From Malacoraja senta (Eukaryota): a stretch of 64,000 nt of DNA. Below, piece by piece: positions 47,701 to 61,017 of this stretch; within the stretch, counting starts at the first letter, position 1, and each line of letters opens with the position of its first letter. The stretch spans positions 1,116,001-1,180,000 of the forward strand of contig CM075981.1 of assembly GCA_038087875.1 (NCBI GenBank), written 5' to 3'. Under the pieces are notes generated by a model. That model ran no database searches. It was not told the origin of the DNA and saw nothing but the letters and a program-made list of their open reading frames with translations. A program made the translations under genes and the position numbers.

Positions 47701-48904
47701 CTTTATGGACTTCAGTAAGGGCTTTGACAAGGTTCCTCATGGAAGGTTGGTTAAGAAGATTCAATTGTTGGGTATTAATGGTGGAATAGCAAGATGGATT
47801 CAACAGTGGCTGAATGGGAGATGCCAGAGAGTAATGGTGGATGGCTGTTTGTCAGGTTGGAGGCCGGTGACTAGTGGGGTGCCTCAGGGGTCTGTGTTGA
47901 GTCCACTGTTGTTTGTCATGTACATCAATGATCTGGATGATGGTGTGGAAAATTGGATTAGTAAGTATGCAGATGATACTAAGATAGGTGGTGTTGCGGA
48001 TAATGAAGTAGATTTTCAAAGTCTACAGAGAGATTTAGGCCATTTGGAAGAGTGGGCTGAAAGATGGCAGATGGAGTTTAATGCTGACAAATGTGAGGTG
48101 CTACATCTCGGCAGGACAAATCAAAATAGGACGTACACGGTAAATGGTAGCGAACAGAGGGATCTAGGAATAACTGTGCATAGTTCCCTGAAGGTGGAAT
48201 CTCATGTAGATTGGGTGGTAAAAAAGCTTTTGGTGTGCTGGCCTTTATAAATCAGAGCATTGAATATAGAAGTTGGGATGTAATGTTAAAATTGTACAAG
48301 GCATTGGTGAGGCCAATTCTGGAGTATGGAGTACAATTTTGGTCGCCTAATTATAGGAAGGATGTCAACAAAATAGAGAGAGTACAGAGGAGATTTACTA
48401 GAATGTTGCCTGGGTTTCAGCAACTAAGTTACAGAGAAAGGTTGAACAAGTTAGGTCTTTATTCTTTGGAGCGCAGAAGGTTAAGAGGGGACTTGATAGA
48501 GGTCTTTAAAATTATGAGCGGGTTAGACAGAGTGGACGTGGATAAGCTTTTCCCATTGAGAGTAGGGAAGATTCAAACAAGGGGACATGACTTGAGAATT
48601 AAGGGACAGAAGTTTAGGGGGAACATTAGGGGGAACTTCTTTACTCAGAGAGTGGTAGCTGTGTGGAATGAGCTTCCAGTGGAAGTGGTGGAGGCAGGTT
48701 CGATGTTATCCTTTAAAAATAGATTGGATGGGTATATGGACGGGAAAGGAATGGAGGGTTATGGTCTGAGTGCAGGTAGATGGGACTAGGGGGAAGTATT
48801 TATTTTTAATTTTTAAAAAAATTAAAAAAATGTTCGGCACGGACTTGAAGGGCCGAGATGGCCTGTTTCCGTGCTGTTATGGTTATATGGTTATATGGTT
48901 ATAT
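44452..48904 (+). mobile_element. Full-length CR1 with a tandem-repeat 5' UTR, flanked by an AGGT TSD
   Basis: The empty site is preserved in the paralogue (cccaggtgaaagc at ~26597). ORF1 at 44927-45796, ORF2 in frameshifted pieces at 45867-48789, (GTTATATG)n tail. Confidence 0.92.
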
Positions 48905-49099
48905 AGGTGAAAGCAACAGGCAATTATTTGCCAGTCCCCCAAACAAACTCTCGCATTTTACGCCACGTGCTCACGGTGGCTCCATTGATGCCGCCTGCAA
49001 ATACCTAGAAACTCACGAATATCACAAGGTGAAAAGCAGCAGCTACAAGGACTCGAGAGGAACTGTGAAACAGTATTCCCAAGGGAAAATAATACTCAC

Positions 49100-49420
49100 C
49101 TGTGTTGTTGATTTCTGTCACATAACTGCACGTTCCTGCTCCTTTGAAGACTTTCACGTCGAGTATTTCACTGGATTTTGGCTCACGGTTATTTGAGGCT
49201 GTGCAGTAATATCGAAGGTGTTCGCCTCTGAGGATTTCACAACTCAGATCCAGTTGATTGCTTTTCAAGATCGTTGAAACCGAAGACTCATTCTTCACAG
49301 ACCATGTGTAATGGATGGGAAGAGATCCACGGACAGACTCACAGGACACTGACACTGAGCCTCCGAGACGTGAGGCATTTGCTGGTGACAGATATCTGAG
49401 CACAGGAACAGACACAGGTT
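49100..49420 (-). CDS. FCRL-like Ig C2 exon (C2a), intact, 321 nt, phase 1-1
   Basis: cattcccacag|AACCT...ACAG|GTGAGT encodes EPVSVPVL...SCESVRGSLPIHYTW...YYCTASNNRE. Confidence 0.92.
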
Positions 49421-50417
49421 CTGTGGGAATGGAGCAAACATTCAGTCACCTGTATGATCAGTTAAAACCAAACACTTGCTAAATCTCAGCAACCCTTTAT
49501 CTCAGCCCGAACCGTCCGATTGATATCTCACCGGCTCATCTACATCTCTGTGAGTGTGCGAAGGCCAGAAACCGAAGAAGGTTAGAGTTATAGAGAACCG
49601 AAAAAGGCCCATCACAACAGCTCATTCATGCTGACCAACATGTTTTTCTAGGCCATTTCCATATGTCCACGTTTCTCCTTTATCACTCGCAATGATCCAA
49701 AAAGGATTTTAAATGCTTTTATTCTAACTACTTCAACAACTTCCTCTGGCAGCAGGTTCCAGACACATATCACCCTATGTGTGGAAAATGTTGTCCCTCA
49801 GAACAGAAGTTGGGATGTTATGTTTCAGTTGTACATATGTTGTTGAGGTCGAACTTGGGCGAATTGTGTTCAGCTTCAGCCACTCATCTGTACAAATCAT
49901 GCCATTACGGTAAATGGCATCTTATTATTGCCCCTCTTTAAATAGTTCCCATTACCTCTGTCCTCCACTTTCTCATCCCACACATCGTGGGAAAATGAAC
50001 ATGCTTCTCGTGATTGATACATTTCTATAAGTTCCTCCCTCAATCATTTCCACAGCAAGGAATGTAGTCTGCGTTTGTCCAATCGCTCCCTGCCTCAATC
50101 CCATCCTGTCCAGGCAGCGTCGCCCTAAAACCTTTCTGCATGCTGTCCACCTCAACGGCACTTTTCTTGGAGCTGAGGGACTAAAGCTGAACACAATTCC
50201 CAAAGTGTGGACTCAACATCTGCATGTCTGAAGCATATTATCTCAAATGATGGTCTGAATCTTCTCACCGATGAAGACCAGCGGACCAAAAACCCTATTA
50301 AATGCCTTGGATTTCAAAGGCGAAAACTAATTACGATCCCTTTAAGATAAACACAAAATGCTGGAGTATCTCAGTGGAGCAGGCAGCATCTCTCGAGAGA
50401 AGGAATGGGTGAAGTAT

Positions 50418-51551
50418 GGGGTTCCACAGGGCTCAATTTTAGGGCCCCTGCTTTTCTCCCTATACTTACTTCCTCTGGGTTCCATTCTTAGAAAGCATGG
50501 CATCTCTTTTCATTGCTATGCTGATGATAGCCAACTATATATGCCGCTGAGGAAGGAAGACGCCTTTTCTGTCAAATCACTTCTGTCATGTCTTGAGGAC
50601 ATTAAGTCCTGGATGGCCCTAAACTTTCTAGGATTTAATGAAAAGACAGAGGTGATATTGTTTGGCCCCAATGGCTGCCATGAACCTCCCCTTGTTGACC
50701 TGGGTCCACTGGCACGGTACGTGAAGCCAACAGTTTTGAACCTAGGTTTTAGGATGGACAGTGATTTTAAATTAGATCATCAAATAGGCACAGTGGTTAC
50801 GTCCAGCTTCTTTCACCTAAGGAAGCTGGCAAAGGTGAAGCCCATTCTCGAGCGGCAGCATTTTAAAACAGTAATCCATGCCTTTATTACATCTAGGCTG
50901 GATTACTGTAACGCACTCTATTTTGGAGTTGCACGATCTTCACTGGATCGTCTCCAGTTGGTTCAAAATGCTGCTGCTCGCCTTTTAACTGGAACTCGAA
51001 AGAGGGAGCACATAACGCCAATTCTGGCCTCCCTCCACTGGCTCCCGGTGCACTTTCGAGTTCATTTTAAAATTCTTTTATTTGTTTTTAAATCTCTAAA
51101 TGGGCTCGCCCTGCCTTATCTCTCTGAACCGCTCCACCCATACGCTCCTGCCCGGTGCCTCAGGTCAGCTGATCAGCTGCTCCTGGAGGTACCGAGGTCA
51201 AAGCGGAAGCTCAGAGGGGATAGAGCCTTCTCTGTTGCTGCTCCGGCACTCTGGAACACCCTGCCGTTGCACATCAGACAGGCCCCCTCACTGTCCATCT
51301 TCAAAACCAGTATTAAAACACATTTATATTCCTTGGCTTTTGACACTGCTTGAGACTTTGCTCCTGTTTTCAGTGCTTTTAATGTTTTTAATATTTTTTT
51401 GTTTTTACTCTTTCGTTTAATGTTTATATTGTTATTTAATAATTTCTTGCCATGATTAGTCATGTACAGCACTTTGTTGCAACTGTGGTTGTTTTTTAAA
51501 GTGCTCTATAAATAAAGTTATTATTATTATTATTATATTATTATAGTTATT
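50418..51551 (+). mobile_element. 5'-truncated L2 LINE with an open RT C-terminal frame, (TTA)n tail and AAGTAT TSD
   Basis: Encodes [14 protein letters not shown]...[10 protein letters not shown]...SRLDYCN...QLVQNAAAR to the stop at 51353. AAGTAT occurs at 50412-50417 and 51552-51557. A matching 3'-end fragment is at ~10010-10175. Confidence 0.9.
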
Positions 51552-51590
51552 AAGTATCGGGTCGAGACCCTTCTTCAGCCTGAGAGTCAC

Positions 51591-52546
51591 GGGCCTGTCC
51601 CAAACGTGGTGGCTTGAGCCGTACGGCCTCGCGGGGCCGTCTGGAGTTGTGCAGAGCTGGTGCCGACATCAAACTCACCAATCAGCTGGACAGGTGGCGG
51701 GCCGACTGAATTTGGACGTCGCACGGCGTCGGGCGATTACGTCATCACGCAACGGCACGCCGGGCGGTGACGTCATCGCGCAATGCCACACGCTAGGCAT
51801 ACGCCGTCAAGACGCTACGTACGGCGTCAAGACGCTGCGTTCGGCGTCAATACGCTGTGTACGGCGTCGAAGCGGTGCGTGCGGCGTCGAGGCGGTGCGT
51901 GCGGCGTCGAGGCGGTGCGTGCGGCCGCCATGCGGTTGCGGGCCGGCAGGCCTTTGCCGCGCGGAATTTTTGAACACTGTCAGTTTCTTGTAGCCCCGCG
52001 CGATGTCGGGACCAGCTCCGCACAACTCCATGCGGCTCCGGCGATCGAAGTGGGACCGGCCCGCGAGGCTCACGTTAGGTCGCGCTAGCCGCATGCAGTC
52101 GCATGCTCGTGGGACAGGCCCTTCATGTTCAGGATGACAGAAGAGAAATGGAAGAGTAAAGGACCTGTCCCACGAGCATGCGACTGCATGCGGCAAGCGC
52201 GACCAAACCGGAAGCGGGGGCCGCGCGGAGGTCGAGTGAGTGACTTGAAGTTCGAGCGAAGTCCGTGGGAAGTTCGCGCGTGACGTACGGCGTCAAGATG
52301 CTGCGCACTCCCGTCGAGGAGGTGCATACGGCATCGAGGCGGTTGCGGGCCGGCAGGCCGTTGCCGCGCGGAATTTTTGAACAGTGTCAGTTTTTCGGAG
52401 CCCAGCGCGATGTCGGGACCAGCTCCGCAGAACTCCATACGGCTCCGGCGATCGAAGTGGGGCCGGCCCCGCGAGGCCGTACCGCTCACGCGACCACGTT
52501 AGGTCGCGCTTGCCGCATGCAGTCGGATGCGCGTGGGACAGGCCTT
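51591..52546. mobile_element. Two adjacent GC-rich non-autonomous DNA transposons (MITEs; PIF/Harbinger-like is tentative) at ~51591-52121 and ~52160-52546
   Basis: TIR ggcctgtcccac / gtgggacaggcc. The second copy has a ~44-bp near-perfect TIR, and the two share internal sequence. Confidence 0.75.
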
Positions 52547-53839
52547 TAAGGAGTGAAAACAGGTGATCAAAGTTGACAATGTTAAAGGAATATGTAGAAT
52601 GGATCATTGTCAGATGAAGTGAAGGTGACAACGAGGCATACATACACTCAGTAAATTATAATCAGGAGGACAGTGAAACTAATTGGAGAACTAGGGCCGG
52701 ATGGAGACAAGGTACAAGACACATTTATTTGTCACATATGCCAGTTGGCAACAGTGAAATGTGATCACCATACAGCCATACAACAAAATAATGAAAATAA
52801 CACACGATATAGTTCAACATAAAACATCCCCACAGAGCAGAATCAAAAGTTTCCCACTGTGAGTGAATGCACCAAAGTCAGTCATCTTCCTCTGATATTC
52901 ACCCGTGGTCGGGGCCTCCGGAGCACTCCGCGTACCACAGCCCCGCGATGTTGGACGCGGAGCTCAGGGGATTCAAACGGCGATCCAGGCAGGCATCGCC
53001 CCCTCCGCAGTGAATCCAGCGCCGTGCCGCCGCTGCCGAAGCTCTGGTCCGGTCCCCGGTCTTCGGTAGGAAAGGCCGCTCCAATCCAGTGGTAGGCCGC
53101 GATGGGGGGGGGGGGGGGGCGAGGACGTGACACAGCCAGGGGCGGATTTAGATGAAGAGAGGGGCTAAGCTATTCCACTTGTGAGGCCCCTCTCAATCCA
53201 CCACCCCCACCACTGGAGGAAGATGGTCAACCTGATTGACACCAATTTGCAGCCCAGCATGGCCAATGAGATAAGGGGCTGGAAAGCCGCGCTTTTATTT
53301 TTATTTTCTATGTATTTATTTATTTATTTATTTATTGCCAGTGCTAGTTTCGAGTTATAGGCTTAAAACACTATTATTCTGAAATGGAGGGCAAGGAAAA
53401 TTACTGAAGAGTTGTTTAGAGACTACAGTGCATTGTGGCAACATATGGAAGAAAGGCCTATGACAGTGTCAAAAATTTTATACACCTTGCAGGGTTCTCA
53501 ATTTTTTTCTATGTTGTCAGCCGGGCAACCCTGGCAGCTTTTTAAGTTGCCAAATGGCAGTTTAAGTGGTCATTTAAGACGGCTTGCATGACGCGCGCGA
53601 TAATGTGCTCGGACGAAGTGCGTAGTTACCAGTCGGAATTATGTTCAATGAAGCATTCACATATTATTTCTGCTTCAATAAAAGTCACAAACTAAACATA
53701 TTCACCAATTAAGACATGATATATACCACAATGACATGCAGCAAAATTATAATACAGTATCTCAACTCTTTTTACACATTGCAATGAATGCAATTTCTAT
53801 TATTTCTTTCCACTTCCAAACAAAAATGTGGTTGGATTA

Positions 53840-55005
53840 TTCAGCGTATGATCAACTTCGGTGAGACCAAGCGCAGACTTGGCGATCGCTTCGCACAACA
53901 CCTCCACTCAGTTCACAATAACCAACTTGATCTCCCGGTGGCTCAACACTTCAACTTCCCTTCCCATTCCGAATCCAACCGTTCTGTCCTGGGCCTCCTC
54001 CATGCACAGAGTTGGAGGAGCAGCACCACATATTTGCTTGGGTAGTTTACACCCCAGCGGTATGAACATTGGCTTCTCTAATTTCAGGTAGTCCTTGCTT
54101 TCTCCTTCCTTCCCCTCCCATTCCCAGCACTCCCATAGCCTACTGTCTCCTCCTCTTCCTTTCTTTTTCGTGACCCCCCCCCCCCCCGACATCAATCTGA
54201 AGAATGGTCTCGACCAGAAACGTCGTCTATTCCTTCGCTCGATAGATGCAGCCTTACCCGCTGATTTTCTCCAGCTTTTTGGTCCACCAATGGGATCCCA
54301 GCACTGGCCACATCTTCTCATCTCGTCGCCTGTTGGCTTTCTGTAGAGACCACTCCCTCCATAACTCCCTGGTCAATTTGTCCCTTCCCACCCAAACAAC
54401 CCCCTCTCCTGGCACTTTCCCTTGCAACCGCAGGAAATGCTACACATGTCTCTTTACCTCCCCCCTTGACTCCATTCAAGGACCCAAGCAGTCTTTCCAG
54501 GTGCGGCAGAGATTCAACTGCACCTCCTCCAACCTCATCTATTCCACCCACTGCTCTAGGTGTCAGCTGCTGTACATCAAGCGTAGGCTAGGCGATCGCT
54601 TCGCCGAACACCTCCGCTCGGTCCACAATAACCAACCTGATCTCCCGGTGGCTCAGCACTTCAACTCCCCCTCCCATTCCGAATCCGACCTTTCTGTCCT
54701 TAGCCTCTTCCAGGGCCAGAGTGAGGCTCACCGTAAATTGGAGGAGCAGCACCTCATATTTCGCTTAGGCAGTTTACACCCCTGCGGTATGAATATTGAC
54801 TTCTTCAATTTCAGGTAATCCCTGCTTTCTCCTCCCCTTCCCAGTCCACCTCAGTCCACTGTCTCCGCCTCTTCCTTTCTTCTTCCCGTCCTCCCCACCC
54901 TCACATCAGTCTGAAGAAGGGTCTCGACCTGAAACGTCACCTATTTCCATCGCTCCATAGATACTGTCTCACCCGCTGAGTTTCTCCAGCATTTTTTTCT
55001 ACTCA
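53840..55005 (+). mobile_element. Two tandem Penelope-like 3' fragments (GIY-YIG endonuclease)
   Basis: Encodes CNRRKCYTC...CTSSNLIY...RRLGDRFAEHL...LEEQHLIFRLG. Confidence 0.85.
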
Positions 55006-55688
55006 TTCACACAAGTTATCCCACCTTCCACCCCCACTCATTACACATTAGGGGGCATTTTACACAGACAAGTTAACCTACAAAGCCAATGCGTCTTTGG
55101 GATGTAGGAGGAAACCCACACGCTTGCAGGGAGAATATGCACATTCAACACAGACAGTGCCCGAGGACAGGATCGAACACAGATCTCTGGCGTGTGAGGC
55201 AGCAAGTCTACCAGCTGTGTCACTTTATTTTGTTTTCCAACACACAAATAATTATACGTTGATAACTTTGGTTACTAAAAAATGAAAATATCCATTTTCA
55301 GTTTAATATCTCCAAGTGATGCTATGTCCCCCTTTAAAGCTACTGTATGTTACAATTAAGTTCAAGACTATGGGGCAGTACATTGGCCATAAAGTTGCTG
55401 CCTAAAAATGCCAGAGACCCAGGATTGATCCTGAATATGTGTGCTGTCTGTATAGAGTTTGCTCCTTTTCCCTTTGATAGCATGGGTTTTCTCCGGGTGC
55501 TCTTGTTTCCTTCCACATTCCAAAGGTGTGCAGGAACCTATTTCAGACCCAAACCAAAACGTAATATTTTCCTTTTGTCCAGAGATTCTGTCTGACCTGT
55601 TGAGTTACTCCTGCTTTTGTGTCTATCTTCAGTTTAAACCAGCATCTGCAGTTCCTTCCTACACACACAATACTATATGATAGAATTT

Positions 55689-55923
55689 NNNNNNNNNNNN
55701 NNNNNNNNNNNNNNNNNNNNNNNNNNNNNNNNNNNNNNNNNNNNNNNNNNNNNNNNNNNNNNNNNNNNNNNNNNNNNNNNNNNNNNNNNNNNNNNNNNNN
55801 NNNNNNNNNNNNNNNNNNNNNNNNNNNNNNNNNNNNNNNNNNNNNNNNNNNNNNNNNNNNNNNNNNNNNNNNNNNNNNNNNNNNNNNNNNNNNNNNNNNN
55901 NNNNNNNNNNNNNNNNNNNNNNN
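55689..55923. other. Assembly gap (235 N)
   Basis: Run of N. Confidence 1.
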
Positions 55924-56399
55924 ATATAAATATACACTGTTTTGTTTTCTCACTTATAACATTGTTTACAGAGTACTATGTTTACATATTCTGTTGTGCT
56001 GCTGCAAGTAAGGATTTCATTGTTCTAACTGGGATGTGAGAGAATAAAACACTCTTGACTTACTCCGCTAATGTGTGGGATAGAACTAGTGTACGGATGA
56101 TCGGTGGTTGGCGTGGACTCGGTGGGCGAAGGGCCTGTTTTTTACGCTGTATCTTTAAATTAAACTAAAAAGACTAAAACCAGAGGTAATCGAAAGAAAG
56201 GTCTCTACCCGAAACATCACCCAATTTCTTCTATCCAGAGTTGATGGCTGCTCCATGGAGTTCCCCCGCACAATTAAAGCATGGAATAGTCTTCACCCTA
56301 CCATAGTTAACCAACCAGACGCAACAAAATTTAAGGTACCTCTTTTTCCACAAGAACCCTTTTATGCTTATGCTTATGATAAAAGAACTCGAGGTAAAG

Positions 56400-58628
56400 G
56401 AACCCGAGGTAAAGGAGGTAGTGATCACAATATGATTAGTTTTAACCTGCAATTTGAGAAGGAGAACGTTAAATCGGAAGTGGCAGTGATACAGTTGAAC
56501 AAAGGGGACTATGAAGGCATGAGAGGGGAGCTGGCCAAAATAGACTGGAAAGGGATCCTAGCAGAAATGACGGTGAAACACCAATGGCAGAATTTTCTGG
56601 GCATAATCCGGAAGATGCAGGGTAATTTCATTCCAAAAAGGAAGAAAGATTCTAAGGGGAGTAAGATGCAACCGTGGCTGACATGGGAAGTTAGGGATAG
56701 AATAAAATTAAAAGGAAAGATGTATAACACAGCAAAGAGTAGTCGGAAGCCAGAGGATTGGGAAACTTTCATAGGACAACAGTAGGAAACAAAACGGGCA
56801 ATACGGACTGAAAAGATAAAGTACGAGGGGAAGCTGGCCAGGAATATAAAGAAGGACAGTAAAAGCTTCTTTAGATATGTTAAGAGAAAAAGAGTAGCAA
56901 AGTCAAATGTGGGTCCCTTGAAGGCAGACACGGGTGACATTATTATGGGCAACAAGGAAATGGCAGAAGAGTTGAATAGGTACTTCGGATCTGTCCTCAC
57001 TAAGGAAGACACAAACAATCTCCCAGATGTACTGGAGGACAGAGGATCTAAGGGGGTAGAGGAACTGAAAGAAATTTTCATTAGGCGTGAAATAGTGTTG
57101 GGTATGCTAATGGGACTGAAGGATGATAAATCCCCTGGGCCTGATGGTCTGCATCCCAGGGTCCTCAGGGAGGTGGCTCTAGAAATAGTGGATGCATTGG
57201 TGATCATTTTCCAATGTTCAATAGATTCAGGATCAGTTCCTGTGGATTGGAGGAAAACTAATGTTATCCCACATTTCAAGAAAGGAGCGAGAGAAAAAAC
57301 GTGGAATTACAGACCAGTTAGCCTGACTTCGGTGGTGGGAAAGATGCTGGAGTCAATTATTAAAGAGTTAATAATGGGGCATTTGGATAGCGGTAAAAGG
57401 ATTAGTCCAAGTCAACATGGATTTATGAAAGGGAAATCGTGCTTGACTAATCTTCTGGAGTCTTCCGCATGGGAGACTGGTGACTAAAATTAGAGCACAT
57501 GGTATTCGGGGTAGTGTGTTGACATGGATAGAAAATTGGTTGGCAGACCGGAAGCAAAGAGTGGGAGATAATGGGTCCTTTTCAGAATGGCAGGCAGTGG
57601 TGAGTGGAGTGCCGCAAGGCTCGGTGTTGGGGCCGCAACTGTTTACCATATATATTAATAATTTGGAAGAGGGAATTAGGAGCAACACTAGCAGGTTTGC
57701 GGATGACACAAAGCTGGGTGGCAGTGTGAACTGTGAAGAGGATGTTAGGAGGTTGCAGGGTGACCTGGACAGGTTGAGTGAGTGGGCAGATGCGTGGCAG
57801 ATGCAGTATAATATAGATACATGTGAGGTTATCCACTTTGGCGGGAAAAACAAGGGGGCAGATTATTATCTCAATGGGGTTAGGTTAGGTAAGGGGGAGG
57901 TAGAGCGAGACTTGGGTGTCCTTGTACACAGGTCAATGAAAGTTGGCGTGCAGGTACAGCAGGCAGTGAAGAAAGTTAATGGAATGTTGGCCTTCATAAC
58001 AAGAGGATTTCAGTATAGGTGTAAAGAGGTTCTTTTGCAGTTGTATAGGGCTCTGGTGAGACCACATCTGGAGTATTGTGTACAGTTTTGGTCTGCTAAT
58101 TTGAGAAGAGCATCCTTGTGATTGAGGCAGTGCAGCGTAGGTTCACGAGATTGATCCCTGGGATGGCGGGACTGTAATATGAGGAAAGATTGAAAATACT
58201 AGGCTTGTATTCACTGGAGTTTAGAAGGATGAGGGGGGATTTTATAGAAACATATAAAATTATAAAAGGATTGGACAAGCTAGATGCAGGAGAAATGTTC
58301 CCAATTTTGGGCGAGTCCAGAACCAGGAGCCACAGTCTTAGAATAAAGGGGAGGTAATTTAAGACTGAGGTGAGAACAAACTTTTTCACCCAGAGAGTTG
58401 TGAATTAATGGAATTACCTGCTACAGAGGGCAGTGGAGGCCAAATCACTGGATGGATTTAAGAGAGAGTTAGATAGAGCTCTATGGGCTTGTGGAGTCAA
58501 GGGATATGGGGAGAAGGCAGGCACGGGTTATTGATAGGGAACGATCAACCATGATCACAATGAATGGCGGTGCTGGCTCGAAGGGCCGAATGGCCTCCTC
58601 CTGCACCTATTTTCAATGTTTCTATGTT
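56400..58628 (+). mobile_element. CR1 ORF2 fragment with an internal deletion and (TTCTATGT) tail
   Basis: Encodes [27 protein letters not shown] and FADDTK. Confidence 0.9.
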
Positions 58629-60696
58629 TCCAAGTCCAAGTCAAGAGTCAAGAGATTTTATTGTCACGTGTCCCAGATAGGACAGTGAAATTCTTGCTTG
58701 CTGCAGCACAACAGAATATGTAAACATAATACAAACAGGAGATAAAAGTTCAGTGTGTTTATATACCATAGACCATATATATACACAAAAAATAAACTGA
58801 TAAAATGCAATAGGCTGTTATTGTTCAGCCCTCCACCACCTCCAGTTTAAATTCCATTTAGAATATTTATGGAGAACCAGGAAACCAGAAGCAAGAGTTA
58901 CTCCAGGGAGTTACTCCAGATCCAAGGTCAGGGAGTGATTCCGCGTTGGTTTTCAGCTGTCGCGGCGAAGCGGCGACCGGACAGCAATGGCGGCCAGATC
59001 TCCCAGAATTCAAAGCATGGGAGAAAGTGCCCAGCGACGACCAGTTGCCGTGACGGTGCGCATGCGCAGGGCGGCCGATGATGTGCTGGCCGTGGTTGTG
59101 CGCATGTGCAGGGGGAGGATGTGCTGGCCGCAGCAGTGGGCATGTGCAAGGCGGCCTGCCGTGCCAGCAGATGAGGAGCGAGCGGAGATCGGAGCCCGGC
59201 GGCCCGGACACGGATACGCTTTGGCGGGCGGAGACGGAGAGTGACAGGCAGAGAGAGAGAGAGAGAGAGGGGGGCCCGCCCAGAGTTGAACGGCAGGTGT
59301 CCTGCCTTGGCCGGAGGCCCCCTAGATTTCGAGGCCCTAGGCTTCAGTCTATGAAGCCTAGTGGTAAATCCGGCTCTGCGAGCCCCCTAGATCTCGAGGC
59401 CCTACCTAACCTTAAGCTTGTCAAGCTTATATGTAAATCCGGCCCCGGACACAGAGAAATAGTCGCATCCTCGCCAGGAAGTGACTCGGAAACGGTTTGC
59501 CCCTTACCCTACCCCCCTCCCCCAAATAGAAAAACTAAAGAACCCCCAAAACAAAACTTAGACAAACTAAAATAAAAAAGATGGGAAAAGACGGTCAGAC
59601 TGTAGGCAGAGGCGCCTTCAATGCGGCGCCCCTGGACAGAAGTAAAGCAAGGGTTACTTGAAGTTTGAGAAGTCAATATTCAAACCGCTGGGTTGTAAGC
59701 TGCCCAAGCGAAATATGAGGTGATGTTCCTCCAATTTGTGTTTGGCCTCACTCTGACAGTGGAGGAGGTCCAGGACAGAAAGATTAGCTTGGGAATGGGA
59801 GGGGGAGTTAGTGTTTAGCAATCGGGAAGATGCGCAGGCCGAAGCAGAGTGAGCGGAGTTGATCAGCGAAACGATCGCCGAGTCTGCACTTGTTCACACC
59901 TGGAAGAGCGGATGCAGTAGATTAGGTTAGATGAGGTGCAAGTGAACCTCTGCCTCACCCGAAAAGATTGTTGGAGTCCTTGTTCGGAGTGGACGGATGA
60001 GGTATAGGGACAGGTGTTGCATCTGCTGCGGTTGTAGGATACCTGGGGACGGGGTGGTTTTGGTGGGAAAGGACGATTTGATCAGGGAGTTGCGGAGGGG
60101 GCGGTCTCTAGGGAAAGCAGAAAGAGGTGGAGATGGAAAGATGTGGCTAGTGGTGGGATCCCGATGGAAGTGGCGAAAATGTCGGAGGATTATATGCTAT
60201 GTGCGACGGCTGATGGGGCGAAAGAGGAGTTTATTCTCCTTATCACCAAGGAAATGTCCGGGTGGCGGGGCTGGCTGGCTGGTGGGCGGTGGGTGGACAG
60301 TGGCTGCTAGGGGTAGGGGCGAATTGACGGGGCTGAGGGAGAGAGAGAGAGAGTGCGCAGGGTGGGGAGGGAGTGATTGATCCCTGAGGTGGGGGCGGGG
60401 AGCCGGCGGGCCTGCCCCGGGAGGACTGAACGCAGTCTGTTGAGTTTTGGGGACTGATTCCCTGTTTAATATTCTCCGGGTATTCAGACCGCGAGCAACA
60501 CTTGTTTCTCACTGATCGGTACCTGTCGGATCATTAATTTGAGTGGGAATGCAAACCACTGGCAGGGTGCCAATTTTTTTTTACAGTTCAGAGGCAGGGA
60601 AATGTGCTGAGCATCCCACTTGAAGTGGCACTTCCCGGAGAAAACATGGATCAGGCATTTCAGTTGAGACGTCAAGTCAATCGCTGCTAAACGTAC

Positions 60697-61017
60697 CGTC
60701 AGATACCTGCAGATGAACGCCAAACTTTGGATCCCAGCCAGAATCATAAATTCCACAGCTGTACCATCCTGTATCTCCAGAGTGAAGATCCTCCACAGTC
60801 ACAGTAAATATTCCTCGTGCCGGGTTATCTGCGATTGACACTCTTCCACTCCGTCCGTGTTGCACATTTGTTTCCACCAAAACTGTACACCGGTAACTCC
60901 ACCCAAGGCACCAGTATTTTGTGTATGAGCGGTACTTTGCTGCATAGTGGCAATCGACTGTGATCGCTCTTCCCACAACTCCTCTTACATACTCCTCTCC
61001 CCTCACTGCACCTGAAA
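60697..61017 (-). CDS. CD300/pIgR-like N-terminal Ig V exon (V1), intact, phase 1-1
   Basis: atcccctcag|TTTCAG...GACG|GTACGT encodes (V)SGAVRGEEYVRGVVGRAITVDCHY...KYWCLGWSYRC...DTGWYSCGIYDSGWDP. Confidence 0.93.

Larger units (their letters stand above)
53137..59447. mobile_element. hAT-type element boundaries enclosing nested Penelope, SINE, CR1 and Rex fragments and a gap
   Basis: TIRs CAGGGGCGGATTTA / TAAATCCGGCCCCG (12/14 match) and TSD GACACAGC / GACACAGA (7/8 match). Confidence 0.7.

Noticed and set aside
51649-53133. GC-rich Arg/Ala-rich ORFs as host genes or a CpG-island promoter
   Set aside because: They lie within TIR-bounded MITEs and a retroelement UTR, where stop codons are rare because of base composition.
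56509-57279. Long ORFs antisense to CR1 ORF2 or ORF1 (also 34273-34647, 40102-40560, 24077-24559)
   Set aside because: Shadow frames of retroelement coding sequence with no independent features.
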